A DNA stretch of 64,000 nt from Vampirovibrionales bacterium (lineage in GTDB: Bacteria > Cyanobacteriota > Vampirovibrionia > Vampirovibrionales > JAGQHJ01), in contig JANWIO010000052.1 of assembly GCA_025449835.1 (NCBI GenBank), forward strand, positions 183 through 64,182. The letters are read 5' to 3'. The position numbers and the translations under genes were made by a program. The notes under the pieces were generated by a model. It had not been told where the DNA came from, made no database searches, and worked only from the letters and a program-made list of their open reading frames with translations. Numbering within the stretch: the first letter of the stretch is position 1; each line of letters begins with the position of its first letter. This document shows, one piece after another, positions 1-9,773 of this stretch.

Positions 1-352
1 TGGTGTTGGCAGCCCTTTAGGTGCTTATAACCCCGGTATGTTTGGTGCTGGCCTTTCCGGTAATTATGGCAATATGTTGGGTTATGGCATGAACCCAATG
101 GGTGTTGGCGGATATCCAGCCTATAACAGCTTAAATTTTGGTGCGTACGGAAATGGCGCAGCAAATGGCTATCCTAGTCCCATTGGGAATGGCTTCCGAA
201 CAATTCGCCGAACCATCAGCAGACAGGTCACCAAATTGAAACTCTCTTTTTCAAGCAATAATCAAACTTTGTCACCCGGAAACCAACAAACATCGAACAC
301 GCAATTTAAGCTAAACTTCAACAACAGGGCATCTTCTGTCAATTATCAGTAA
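1..352 (+). CDS. C-terminal part of a Gly/Tyr/Asn-rich low-complexity protein (ORF open to the window edge; reading frame continues upstream of nt 38)
   Basis: The open frame runs from nt 1; translation GVGSPLGAYNPGMFGAGLSGNYGNMLGYGMNPMGVGGYPAYN... is strongly G/Y/N/M biased; stop at 352. Confidence 0.35.
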   Translation, partial: GVGSPLGAYNPGMFGAGLSGNYGNMLGYGMNPMGVGGYPAYNSLNFGAYGNGAANGYPSPIGNGFRTIRRTISRQVTKLKLSFSSNNQTLSPGNQQTSNTQFKLNFNNRASSVNYQ

Positions 353-378
353 CTTTGAGTAAGTCTGATAAACACGGG

Positions 379-822
379 TTAAACCAGCAAATCCAGAAGT
401 GTTGAACTGGGCTTGCTCGCTTTAAGCCAGTCACGGCGTAAGTGCCTAGCCAGATCTATACGAGCGGGTTCTGGGTCATCCTTAAAAGAATAAAATGGTG
501 TAACTTGATGCTTTTGGGCAAAATTCTTAAGCTCTTGAAGCGTATCTTTGGCAATAAACTGATCTGAAAACCCAACAGCAACAGGAAGACTCCTATGGAA
601 AATATTATATTCCCGCCATTCACCACCTGTTAACTGATGAACGTCTTTAAGCAGTTGAAGACGACTTGATAAATTCGGAAAACGGGATTCTGGAATAATT
701 AAAAATGCATGACCACCAAAGCGCATCTCTGAACCTCCTATAATGATCAGACTAAATCCTAACACAAATTTTATAGAGGATCCCGTACAAAACTTGTTCT
801 TATTGGCCAACATCTTCATCAA
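379..822 (-). CDS. hypothetical protein (147 aa), no recognised domain
   Basis: Intact ORF with plausible spacing to neighbours; no motif I can name. Confidence 0.35.
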   Translation of the reverse strand: MMKMLANKNKFCTGSSIKFVLGFSLIIIGGSEMRFGGHAFLIIPESRFPNLSSRLQLLKDVHQLTGGEWREYNIFHRSLPVAVGFSDQFIAKDTLQELKNFAQKHQVTPFYSFKDDPEPARIDLARHLRRDWLKASKPSSTLLDLLV

Positions 823-871
823 CCAATGGATGGTTATTGGTTCCGGGCAAGTGCCGTGATAAAATGAGGCT

Positions 872-1567
872 ATGCCTCAACTCGCATACACAACTCAGCC
901 TATCGTTGCCCCTTCGATTTTATCGGCGGATTTTGCACGTTTGGCCGATGCGTTGGCAACCTTAGAAACCGCAGGAGCGGATTGGGTCCATATTGATGTG
1001 ATGGATGGTCATTTTGTACCCAACTTAACCATTGGACCGCCGGTGATTGAGTGTTTACGAGAACATAGCCAGCTTCCCTTTGATGTTCACTTGATGATTG
1101 AGCATCCAGAACGTTCTCTGGCAAATTACAAGGCGGCTGGGGCTGATTTATTAACCGTTCATGTTGAAACCTGCCCACACCTTAACAGGGTAATTCATCA
1201 AATTAAAGAATTGGACGCACTGGCAGGTGTTTCCTTGAACCCGGCAACCCCTTTATCCAGCATTGAAGAGGTATTAGACATCGTCGATCTCGTTTTAATT
1301 ATGTCCGTGAACCCAGGGTTTGGCGGACAGCGTTTTATTCCACAAACCCTTGATAAACTCCAACGATTGAAAGCCATGATTGGAAGCCGCCCCATTTTTA
1401 TTGAGGTGGATGGGGGGATTTCTCCCCAAAATGCGCAGTCGGTGAGAAAGGCGGGGGCTCAGGTTTTGGTTTCAGGGTCTGCCATATTTCAAGCAAATCA
1501 AGAGATGAAAAGTGTGATTACACAACTTCGTATGCCCCATAAAGCGTCAACATCATGCAGTGGCTAA
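872..1567 (+). CDS. rpe: ribulose-phosphate 3-epimerase
   Basis: N-terminus IVAPSILSADFARLADALATLETAGADWVHIDVMDGHFVPNLTIGPPVI and VHLMIEHPE, GVSLNPATP, VNPGFGGQ match the Rpe family closely. Confidence 0.9.
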   Translation: MPQLAYTTQPIVAPSILSADFARLADALATLETAGADWVHIDVMDGHFVPNLTIGPPVIECLREHSQLPFDVHLMIEHPERSLANYKAAGADLLTVHVETCPHLNRVIHQIKELDALAGVSLNPATPLSSIEEVLDIVDLVLIMSVNPGFGGQRFIPQTLDKLQRLKAMIGSRPIFIEVDGGISPQNAQSVRKAGAQVLVSGSAIFQANQEMKSVITQLRMPHKASTSCSG

Positions 1568-2301
1568 ATAAACACCCTTTTATCGTTGCTTTCTTAGTAT
1601 TCTGGTTCATCAGTTCCAGCATCCGAGTGACCTTTGCCCAATATGAAAACGATACGCTTTATGATGCTCGAAGCAGTGAACATAAATCCGGTGCAAATAC
1701 CCCACGAGAATACTTTATTCCCCCAACACCCCCCTATAACAAAACGGATTTAAAAGAATATTTAGACTACCGCAATACTTATTATTCTCCCTACGCCCAA
1801 CTTCAACTCTTCCGAATGGTTCAAATTGGAAAAACCCGCTTAAATGTTGGCTATTACTTGGTCAAACTCAGCATGGTGTTACCCAAAAACGATCCAAATA
1901 CCGCCAATAGAGTTGGCCCAAGAAAAGTAGGAGAAAACACACCCCCCGATCCGTATGCGCCACAGCATTATAGTTTTTTTGAAAAACTGTCTCCTTCCTT
2001 TTGGCAAAATGGGCGGCCTCCAGATGTAAAACCTATTTATCCACCCATTAATAATGAGCAAGCTTCGGACCAAAGCCAGCAAGCCCATGCCAGTTTAATG
2101 ATTAAACAAAAAGGGTCAGTGGATTTAGCCATTCCCATCGTTTCCTCAGAGCCTGCAAAACATCGTATCAAGAATGGGCCAATCGCCGAGCTTCTCATTC
2201 AACCAGGGGACCCTTTAACCCCACAAGTCGTTTACTTAAAGTATTGTGTGGAACAAATTTGCTACAAAACAGCCGCATTAACACCAGGTTTGGTACAATA
2301 A
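1555..2301 (+). CDS. hypothetical Pro-rich secreted/membrane-anchored protein
   Basis: N-terminal hydrophobic segment FIVAFLVFWFISSSIRVTFA (signal peptide or anchor); Pro-rich; no known domain. Confidence 0.45.
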   Translation: MQWLNKHPFIVAFLVFWFISSSIRVTFAQYENDTLYDARSSEHKSGANTPREYFIPPTPPYNKTDLKEYLDYRNTYYSPYAQLQLFRMVQIGKTRLNVGYYLVKLSMVLPKNDPNTANRVGPRKVGENTPPDPYAPQHYSFFEKLSPSFWQNGRPPDVKPIYPPINNEQASDQSQQAHASLMIKQKGSVDLAIPIVSSEPAKHRIKNGPIAELLIQPGDPLTPQVVYLKYCVEQICYKTAALTPGLVQ

Positions 2302-2343
2302 ATTTTCAGTATTCGGTATAATTAAAAATGAAGTGCTGGGAAT

Positions 2344-2670
2344 TTGGGGCTAAGCATGATTCTAGAAGCATTCAGCCAGACTTTACGTCGTGAATGGGAA
2401 CAGGATGAGAATCCTGCGACTGAAATTCTGCATGGCTGGCTCTTTAATATCCTCACGGAGGCCAGTCCCATTGACAACGTGAGTAAAGTGATTCATGCCG
2501 AAGTTGCCTTAATTGATGTCTCAGGGAATCCTTCTTTTATTGGGAGATCCAAAACCGGCGAAACATTGCTAAAAAGTCTTTATTTGTATTGTGAAAGTTT
2601 TGAGCGCTGGCAATTTAGCCGCTGGCTTCATCATTTAAAACCCCATCACTTTGATCAAATTTCCACATAA
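2344..2670 (+). CDS. hypothetical protein (108 aa)
   Basis: ORF followed directly by a stem-loop. Confidence 0.35.
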   Translation: MGLSMILEAFSQTLRREWEQDENPATEILHGWLFNILTEASPIDNVSKVIHAEVALIDVSGNPSFIGRSKTGETLLKSLYLYCESFERWQFSRWLHHLKPHHFDQIST

Positions 2671-2672
2671 TA

Positions 2673-2702
2673 AAAGACGCCCAAGAATCCTTGAGCGTCT
2701 TT
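2673..2702. terminator. hairpin between convergent genes (possible bidirectional terminator)
   Basis: AAAGACGC (2673-2680) pairs with GCGTCTTT (2695-2702), 8-bp stem and 14-nt loop, between the + gene ending 2670 and the - gene ending 2723. Confidence 0.45.
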
Positions 2703-2722
2703 GAGATTATCTAGTCAGTATT

Positions 2723-3811
2723 TTAGCCTGTTGGCAATTTTATATTTATTCCGAGATTCGCTAAGAACTGCTGAAAATCTTGAAGGAATGTCTGTGGCGA
2801 ATTAGTACCGGTATTAACATTATCTGCTCCACCGGCCAATAAGTTGGCAAAAGGATTATCTCCAGACCAACTTTGGAATTCAAGAGGGCTAACGTTGCTA
2901 TTTACAGGCGAAGTGGGTGGATTGCTGGTAGGACTGGCTGAAGAGGAGACTGTTCCACTTGAATTACCATCATTATTGGCTACACTACTATCCAGTTTAA
3001 CAGGGGGTAGTGTGCCTAGTATGGGGGGAGGATCGTTGTCAGAAGATTTTACACCTAAGGGCCCCGGATCACTTCCGCCAGTCCAAACGACCTCAATAGG
3101 GGGTGTGAATCCGGTAGGAGGAATAGGATTGCTTCCTCCTACCTGTATAGGTGCACCTACGGGGTCACGATCCCCGTCTGAGTCTTCAGAATCAGATGGC
3201 TGAGACACTACGGTTGAACTTGTACTCGATGTCGTTGGGGCAGTGTCCGAACTTACATTTGGTGAAGGAGCCGGGACAGTAACCGATGTTGTTGACGTCG
3301 TTGAAGTATCTGTTGAGCTGCTGCTATCTGTTGATGGCGCTGTAGAGCTAGAGCTACTCGTTGTAGAACTGCTCTCTGTTGATGGGGCTGTAGAGCTAGA
3401 GCTACTCGTTGAAGAACTGCTATCTGTTGATGACGGTGTAGAGCTAGAGCTACTCGTTGAAGCACTGCTATCTGTTGATGACGGTGTAGAGCTAGAGCTA
3501 CTCGTTGAAGGCTGAACTGATTTATCATCATCGTCATTATCATTATCTTTACGGGAAATATTGGCTTGAATGGAGAGAAGGCCATTCTGATTGGCATGAT
3601 TTAAAGCGTTTTGTAAACCCCAATTTTGACGATCCCCATCTTTATCTGTTTTAGAATCCGGTTTTTTACTGGAAGAAGGTGGCGTTTGGGGTTGTATGGA
3701 AGACTTTGAACCACCATCATGTTTTTCGTGAGAATCTTTTTTCTTATGATTATCCCAGTTCGCATGTAAGTTTACGTGACTATCAAGTCCTCTTCCACCA
3801 ATTCGTGTCAT
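2723..3811 (-). CDS. Ser/Thr-rich mucin-like repeat protein (362 aa) with an internal 16-aa tandem repeat
   Basis: Long ORF with a strong RBS (AAGGAGAGATTCC before the ATG at 3811); repetitive block STPSSTDSSASTSSSS x about 4; acidic DNDDDDK stretch; no obvious signal peptide. Confidence 0.6.
   Translation of the reverse strand: MTRIGGRGLDSHVNLHANWDNHKKKDSHEKHDGGSKSSIQPQTPPSSSKKPDSKTDKDGDRQNWGLQNALNHANQNGLLSIQANISRKDNDNDDDDKSVQPSTSSSSSTPSSTDSSASTSSSSSTPSSTDSSSSTSSSSSTAPSTESSSTTSSSSSTAPSTDSSSSTDTSTTSTTSVTVPAPSPNVSSDTAPTTSSTSSTVVSQPSDSEDSDGDRDPVGAPIQVGGSNPIPPTGFTPPIEVVWTGGSDPGPLGVKSSDNDPPPILGTLPPVKLDSSVANNDGNSSGTVSSSASPTSNPPTSPVNSNVSPLEFQSWSGDNPFANLLAGGADNVNTGTNSPQTFLQDFQQFLANLGINIKLPTG
3321..3512. 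repeat. 48-nt tandem repeat, about 4 copies, coding (inside the 2723..3811 CDS)
   Basis: Unit ctgctatctgttgatgRcgStgtagagctagagctactcgttgWagMa recurs at 3321, 3369, 3417 and 3465. Confidence 0.8.
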
Positions 3812-4005
3812 GGAATCTCTCCTTTATTTTTTCGCTTTCAAAAATATCAATTATTTAAATAAAAACAATCAATCTTCTTGAATTGCGGCAATTTCTCGAT
3901 CTTTATTTTTTCCTAAGAGAGAGATATAAATTTTTTATATACGAGTCCCGTCTTATATAAAACGGATTTTTACGGGATATTCAACGCCCCATTTTTCGCA
4001 AAAAA

Positions 4006-4050
4006 AGTGGCCCCAGTAGGATTCGAACCTACAACCAAGCGATTATGAGT
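4006..4050. repeat. 45-bp direct repeat (attR-like): duplicate of the 3' part of tRNA-Met at 18961..19005
   Basis: agtggccccagtaggattcgaacctacaaccaagcgattatgagt is identical at 4006-4050 and 18961-19005; the copy at 4006 lacks the 5' half of the tRNA. Confidence 0.85.
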
Positions 4051-4511
4051 AACCCAGAGAATGAATCTGATTGATTCTATAAGGTTCTATGACATGCTCT
4101 ATTCTTAAATCATAGCGATGACGGTGCTTCTAGGAATTTCCATAAATCTCGGACAAATTCGATGTTTTTCCATGCTCGATTACACAAGAATTACACAAGG
4201 ATTTTAGTCCTAAGAGTGCTAAGTACATTAGGGTAAGTAGGATTCTTGAGAGTTTTTTCCTATACTCGTAATTTGATCATCTTGAGTTAATCCCAAGAAT
4301 GGCAGGTTAACATGACCTCTGAGGCTAGACTCTTGAATCCGTATAAGTTCAATTAGATTACTGGGGCTCAGTTTTTCGAGATTAAACATTAACAGCCTCT
4401 TCATTTATAGAAGTGGGTTTAACAAGTTCATTCGATTAGGTGAGTTCGGCTAATACAGACCTTGGGACATTAAATCTGTGGAAAGCCTTGAATCATGTCA
4501 TTTGTCGAAGG

Positions 4512-4554
4512 AATCGACATAAATGTTCTATATGTCGATTTTTTTTATTTTTTT
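4512..4554 (+). terminator. hairpin plus T-tract at the island edge (terminator-like on the + strand)
   Basis: aatcgacata (4512-4521) pairs with tatgtcgatt (4531-4540), followed by ttttttttattttttt; a third copy of tcgacata lies at 4553-4560. Confidence 0.35.
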
Positions 4555-4561
4555 CGACATA

Positions 4562-5662
4562 TCATCCCCGAAGAACCTCTACCAGGCCTTTGTTTATGTA
4601 GTATATTTCTCGACCGATCTTAAATGGCTCCAAGAGACCTATTTGACTAATCTTTTGGAGATATTCAGAGGCTGTCTGCCTTTTAGCAATACCGTCTTGG
4701 ACTAAAAAATTTATCTTACAGTATGGATGTTTGAAAAGTAGCTCTAATAGCTCTCTACTATAGATAGATGGAAGCTGGTCACGGATCAGCCGCTTAGTTT
4801 GCTCCATCAGGGCAACAATCTCTTGCACTTTAGCGAGTGTTTCCGCAGCAGTTTCTTCGACGGCCTTTAAGATATAAAGTGTCCATTCTTCCCAAGCATT
4901 TTCTTCCGTAATAGAACGTAAACCTTGATAGTATCGTGTCTTATTCTCAATAATGTAACGGCTTAAGTAGAGAATGGGCCAATCTAGAAGGTTTTGGTCA
5001 ACTAAATATAAGATGTTTAGGATTCTACCTGTTCGTCCGTTTCCATCGGGAAAAGGATGTATGGCTTCGAACTGATAGTGTCCAATAGCCATTTTGACCA
5101 AGGGATCCCAGTCCAGGTGGGGTTCATCATTAAAGAAACTTTCTAGATTGGCTAATTTGTCTCGTATAACGGCTTCTCCCTCTGGTGGGGTATAGATAAT
5201 ATTACCTGTAACAGGATTGGCAATTTTGGTACCTGGTAGTTTTCGAATATCAAAGTTAGGGCCTTTTATTTCTTGAGCAATTTCAACAAATAAACGAGTA
5301 CTGAAGGGTGTACCATTCTCAAGCTGTTTAAACCCATACCAAATAGCCTCTCGATAACTAATAACTTCTTTTGTCGCAGGATCCATTTGGATTGTCGGAT
5401 CAGAAGCGGCTTTAAATAAGTCATCTTGTGTTGTTACAATATTTTCAATCTCAGATGATAGCCGGGCCTCTTGTAAAATCAAGGCATCAATCATTAATCT
5501 TGGATTAGGGACTTGAGCTAAGCGCCCTTTTAACTCAGCCAACCGGCTCCTTGAGCGAATAATCTGTTTCAAAATAGCCACTGTTTCAAAATCCACAGAG
5601 GGGGGTAATAAGGGCAAATCATTATAAGGTAGGTTTGGGTCGTGATTATTCATAATTTCCAA
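4562..5662 (-). CDS. Fic/DOC family protein (probable auto-inhibited class II AMPylator) with a C-terminal winged-helix-like region
   Basis: Canonical Fic motif HPFPDGNGRTGR; N-terminal inhibitory-type motif SSEIEN ([ST]xxxE[GN]) at about residue 69-74; Fic_N-like start LPYNDLPLLPP. Confidence 0.85.
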   Translation of the reverse strand: MEIMNNHDPNLPYNDLPLLPPSVDFETVAILKQIIRSRSRLAELKGRLAQVPNPRLMIDALILQEARLSSEIENIVTTQDDLFKAASDPTIQMDPATKEVISYREAIWYGFKQLENGTPFSTRLFVEIAQEIKGPNFDIRKLPGTKIANPVTGNIIYTPPEGEAVIRDKLANLESFFNDEPHLDWDPLVKMAIGHYQFEAIHPFPDGNGRTGRILNILYLVDQNLLDWPILYLSRYIIENKTRYYQGLRSITEENAWEEWTLYILKAVEETAAETLAKVQEIVALMEQTKRLIRDQLPSIYSRELLELLFKHPYCKINFLVQDGIAKRQTASEYLQKISQIGLLEPFKIGREIYYINKGLVEVLRG

Positions 5663-5729
5663 CCTTATTTTTATTCTGCCAGCTTAGCAGATTTTTTCTT
5701 GAAGAATGTGATACTTCTCATCGTTATAC

Positions 5730-8700
5730 TTATTCCCCAAGCTCTGCGGCTGTTAGTGCGGCTGCCTGTTCGAGAACCGTCTGAGTCGCTGACTCCTGTT
5801 TGTCAGGAGGGTAGTTGTATTTTCGGAGTATCCGCCTGACCATAACCCGTAACTTTGCTTGAACGCTTTCTTTCTTGGTCCAGTCAATGGTGGCATTCCG
5901 TCGAACCGTATCCACCAAGTCTCTGGCAATTGCTTTAAGCGTTTCATCTCCAAGCTCCATGACGGCACTATCATTGACCTCAAGAGCCTCATAAAAAGCA
6001 GCTTCATCTTCCGCAAGCCCTAGCTCTTCCCCTCGTTCTTGTGCCTTTTTGAAATCCTTGGCCATATCCACCAGTTCTTGGATTACTTGGGCAGTTTCAA
6101 TCTGCTTGGCATAATATCGCTTGATGGCATCATCTAGCATTTCTGAGAACTTCTTGGCTTGAACCACATTCTTTTTGGAGCGAGTTTTTATGGCGTCTGT
6201 CAGAAGCTTTCGTAGGAGTTCGAAGGCAAGGTTCTTTTTCTCAATACCTTGCACTTCCGCAAGGAACTCATCCGACAGAATGGAAATATCCGGTGTTTTG
6301 AGCCCAGCCGCTGAAAAAATATCCACAATTTCGGTGGAAGAAACAGCCTTAGAAACAATCTGCTGAAGTGCTGTATCCAATTGCTCAAGCGTCTTACCTG
6401 ACCCAGTGGTACTTTTTGCGAAGGCAGCTCGGATCGTTTGGAAAAGTCCAACTTCGTCTCTAATCTCGATGGCTTCATCTGTAGTAGCAGCCAGAGCAAA
6501 AGCATGGGATAGTTCCAAGACAGCCTGCATGTATCTCTGCTTTCCGTCATCTAGGCCAAGAATATGCTCCATGGCCTCTGTAATGGTTGTTAAACGCTCT
6601 GTAGGTGAACCAGTTAAACCTTTACCATAATCATATCCACTGAGTAGGTTTCGGGTCAGTTCCACCTTCTCCAACATGACCGCTATGGCTTCTTCAATTG
6701 GGATACCAGCCTCTCGTCGATCACCTTCGGTATAATCCATCAAGGCTTTTTTGAGTAGATCGGCAATAGCGATATAATCCACCACTAAACCGCCTTGCTT
6801 ATCCTTGAAGACACGATTCACACGAGCAATGGCCTGCATCAGATTATGCCCCTTCATAGGTTTGTCAACATACATGGTATGCAGACACGGCGCATCAAAG
6901 CCGGTCAACCACATGTCCCTTACAATAACCAGTTTTAAAGGGTCACTTGGGTCTTTTAACCGCTTTGCTATAGGGTCCCGCTTATCCTTGCTTCTTCTAC
7001 CATGGAGCTGCCAGTTTTCTGGGTCTGATGAAGAACCTGTCATAATGACCTTGATTTTACCTTTGGTGTCATCCTCACTATGCCAATCGGGACGTAGGGC
7101 AGTGATGGCTTCATATAACGCAACGCAAATCCGGCGGCTCATTCCCACAATCATTCCCTTACCCGCCATGGCGGCTATACGTTCTTCAAAATGAGTCACA
7201 ATATCCTGAGCGACTAGCTTAATACGATTTTCTGCCCCCACCAGTGCTTCAATACGAGACCACTTGGATTTTTCTTTTTCAACGCGGCTCAGCTCCTCTC
7301 CTTCGGTAACCTCTTCAAAATCCTCATCCAGATATTTCTTTACTTCTTCATCAATACCAATTTTGACCAGACGGCTCTCATAAAAGATTCGAACAGTTGA
7401 GCCGTCTTCCACAGCCCTTTGAATATCGTAGATATCAATGTAATCTCCAAAAATAGCAGGGGTATTCTTGTCTATTGCCTCCACCGGAGTTCCGGTGAAA
7501 CCAATAAAGGAAGCGTTCGGCAGGGCCTGTCGAAGCATTGCAGCAAAACCTACCGATTTTTTGCCGGTTTTCTGATCAATCTTCGTTTTAAATCCGTACT
7601 GGCTCCGATGGGCTTCATCGGCAATGACCACAATATTTGAACGGTCTGAAAGCAGTGGAAATACTTCTTCTCCTTCAGAGAGGGCAAACTTCTGGATGGT
7701 GGTAAAAATTACCCCACCGGAGCCAGTTTGTAAAAGTTTTCGCAGATCATCACGATCACCAGCTTGGACAGGCTTTTGCCTCAAAAGATCACGACAGTGA
7801 CCAAAAGTACCAAACAATTGATCATCCAGATCATTCCGGTCAGTCAGAACCACCAACGTTGGGTTTTTCATGGCTGGGTGTTGGATAATCTTACCAGCAT
7901 AAAAAACCATGGTAAGACTCTTACCAGAGCCTTGTGTATGCCAAACAACCCCAGCTTTATGCTCTCCACGTGTGGCCTCGATGGAACTATCAACAGCCTT
8001 GTTAACTGCATGATATTGGTGGTACCCAGCGATTTTTTTGATGATTTGCTTACCGTCATCTTCAAACACCGTGAAATGTCGAAGCATATCCAGAAACACT
8101 CGCTGATTGAAGACGCCCTTGATAAGAGTTTCAAGCTCTGGAAGGCCTTTAGAGGTAATAGTACTGCCATCAATGGTTCGCCATGGCATAAACCTCTCAA
8201 AATCAGCCGAGAGCGTTCCCATCCGTGCCTCGATACCATCTGAAATAACCATCACCCCATTGGTGCTGAACAGCGAAGGAATGTCATTTTTGTAATTTTG
8301 AAGCTGGGTAAAGGCTTTATCTATAGTGGCGTTTTCATCCCCGACATTTTTGAGTTCAATGACAGCAACAGGTAGACCATTCAAGAAAATAACCACATCC
8401 GGGCGTCTGTTTTTACCACCTTGCTCCACCGTAAATTGGTTGACAGCTAGCCAATCGTTATTTTCAGGATGTTCAAAATCTACGGGATAAACCGGCACAT
8501 AATGCGTTGAGCCGTCTGTCCGTCGTTTCTCTACCGGAATTCCATTAACCAACAATTGATAGAATGCCCGGTTGGTTTCAAACAAACTAGGAAGGTCCAA
8601 CCGGTTGAGTTGGCGAATGGCTTCCTCGATCATATCTGACGAAACACCGGGATTGATGGTTCCCATGGAACGCCTTAAGCGAGTTGCTAAGAGCGTCTCT

Positions 8701-8825
8701 TGATAATCCCCTCGCTCGGCCCACATTTCCTCTGGGGCAATCGTTGGCCCAAAAACAACCTCATACCCTAGGGAATTTAACCACTCAAGACAGGCTTCTT
8801 CAACACAGCTTTCAGAGAAATTCAT
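5730..8825 (-). CDS. hsdR: type I restriction enzyme R subunit (HsdR)
   Basis: 1031 aa; Walker A GSGKSLTM; DEAH box [12 protein letters not shown]; HsdR N-terminal nuclease region; SF2 helicase motifs. Confidence 0.9.
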   Translation of the reverse strand: MNFSESCVEEACLEWLNSLGYEVVFGPTIAPEEMWAERGDYQETLLATRLRRSMGTINPGVSSDMIEEAIRQLNRLDLPSLFETNRAFYQLLVNGIPVEKRRTDGSTHYVPVYPVDFEHPENNDWLAVNQFTVEQGGKNRRPDVVIFLNGLPVAVIELKNVGDENATIDKAFTQLQNYKNDIPSLFSTNGVMVISDGIEARMGTLSADFERFMPWRTIDGSTITSKGLPELETLIKGVFNQRVFLDMLRHFTVFEDDGKQIIKKIAGYHQYHAVNKAVDSSIEATRGEHKAGVVWHTQGSGKSLTMVFYAGKIIQHPAMKNPTLVVLTDRNDLDDQLFGTFGHCRDLLRQKPVQAGDRDDLRKLLQTGSGGVIFTTIQKFALSEGEEVFPLLSDRSNIVVIADEAHRSQYGFKTKIDQKTGKKSVGFAAMLRQALPNASFIGFTGTPVEAIDKNTPAIFGDYIDIYDIQRAVEDGSTVRIFYESRLVKIGIDEEVKKYLDEDFEEVTEGEELSRVEKEKSKWSRIEALVGAENRIKLVAQDIVTHFEERIAAMAGKGMIVGMSRRICVALYEAITALRPDWHSEDDTKGKIKVIMTGSSSDPENWQLHGRRSKDKRDPIAKRLKDPSDPLKLVIVRDMWLTGFDAPCLHTMYVDKPMKGHNLMQAIARVNRVFKDKQGGLVVDYIAIADLLKKALMDYTEGDRREAGIPIEEAIAVMLEKVELTRNLLSGYDYGKGLTGSPTERLTTITEAMEHILGLDDGKQRYMQAVLELSHAFALAATTDEAIEIRDEVGLFQTIRAAFAKSTTGSGKTLEQLDTALQQIVSKAVSSTEIVDIFSAAGLKTPDISILSDEFLAEVQGIEKKNLAFELLRKLLTDAIKTRSKKNVVQAKKFSEMLDDAIKRYYAKQIETAQVIQELVDMAKDFKKAQERGEELGLAEDEAAFYEALEVNDSAVMELGDETLKAIARDLVDTVRRNATIDWTKKESVQAKLRVMVRRILRKYNYPPDKQESATQTVLEQAAALTAAELGE

Positions 8826-9773
8826 CTAATTTTGTACTGGTCGCTTGGCATCCACATCAAAAAGCTCTTGGTTAATAATAGACTCAACCCGTCCATTAGT
8901 GAAAAAGTGTAAAATGAGTTCAACTTTTTCTGCTGTCATAATTAATAGACCGTCATCATCATATTCTAATCCCAGGTTTCTCTCTTCATTAGCTTGCCGA
9001 AGGCTTATAAGAAACTCACTGTCTCTGTAATAACCCAACTCTTTAACTTTGGCAATCTTTCTCAACAAGCGCAAATTATTCCCAATGTGTAATTCTAATC
9101 CATCGGTACTTTGAAACACATTTAATTGTTCGAACTCGGCAATCACATCATGCTTATCTTGTATCATACCTTCTCGGAAATTGAGATCTAGTTCAAAATT
9201 ATTCTTATAAAAAATAAAAATCGTTCCTGCATAACTAAAGAAGTCGAAATAATCATCTATTTTGAATATAGCTTTATCTTCAAGAACGAGTTCCATATGA
9301 GAAGAGAAAATCAGGTTTATTGCACCCAAATTTTTCTTTGTTGCCCAACCTTTTGGTGCTCTCCTAACAGCAAATAAAGGTAATTGATTGGGCAAATAGA
9401 GTCGTGTGACGTAGAACCAGGCATCAAAGAGCTGATTTTGGGAGTTCGCAATTTCCGGGGGGTCAATACCAGTGATAGTATCCACAATGGATTGGAAATC
9501 TGTTTCGCTTGTTGTAATGGTTAGCAGATTGTCATCTTGATCAACGGTGTTGAAATCATATTCCATAACACCCTGTGCAGAGGAGAGGCGTCTCTGAAAT
9601 ACCGCTTGAAGATTTTGTTGGATATTCTCTCCAATATTTACAAGAAGAACCTCGTAATGTGCGGACTTCTTGACTAAGCGACGTTTAACAACATAGAAGG
9701 ATACTGATGAATTCAGCCAATTTAAAGCCTTAATATTAGCGAGTGTTGGTGATACTTGGGGCATCAACCCCAT
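8826..9773 (-). CDS. hypothetical soluble protein (315 aa) embedded in the R-M operon; candidate KwaB-like (DUF4868?) defence component
   Basis: Stop codon abuts the hsdR start (8825/8826); no catalytic motif recognised; the size and the partnership with the upstream multi-TM protein match the Kiwa architecture. Confidence 0.45.
   Translation of the reverse strand: MGLMPQVSPTLANIKALNWLNSSVSFYVVKRRLVKKSAHYEVLLVNIGENIQQNLQAVFQRRLSSAQGVMEYDFNTVDQDDNLLTITTSETDFQSIVDTITGIDPPEIANSQNQLFDAWFYVTRLYLPNQLPLFAVRRAPKGWATKKNLGAINLIFSSHMELVLEDKAIFKIDDYFDFFSYAGTIFIFYKNNFELDLNFREGMIQDKHDVIAEFEQLNVFQSTDGLELHIGNNLRLLRKIAKVKELGYYRDSEFLISLRQANEERNLGLEYDDDGLLIMTAEKVELILHFFTNGRVESIINQELFDVDAKRPVQN

Noticed and set aside
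900-1395. Antisense ORFs inside rpe (900..1178 -, 1198..1395 -)
   Set aside because: They are fully embedded opposite a highly conserved gene. This is typical shadow-ORF behaviour.
3321-3512. Possible CRISPR array, suggested by the regular direct repeats
   Set aside because: The units are contiguous 48-nt repeats with no unique spacers, and they lie inside an ORF. This is a coding tandem repeat, not CRISPR.
3243-3597. Long ORFs on other frames and strands through the Ser/Thr repeat region (3243..3515 +, 3253..3597 -, 2844..3203 +)
   Set aside because: These are artefacts of the low-complexity 48-nt repeat. The repeat keeps several frames open, and they lack RBS or start context. The 362-aa minus-strand frame has a strong RBS and the only continuous product.
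5753-8295. Multiple 60-160 aa ORFs on both strands within hsdR
   Set aside because: They are embedded in a 1031-aa gene with intact helicase/nuclease motifs and show no independent signals.
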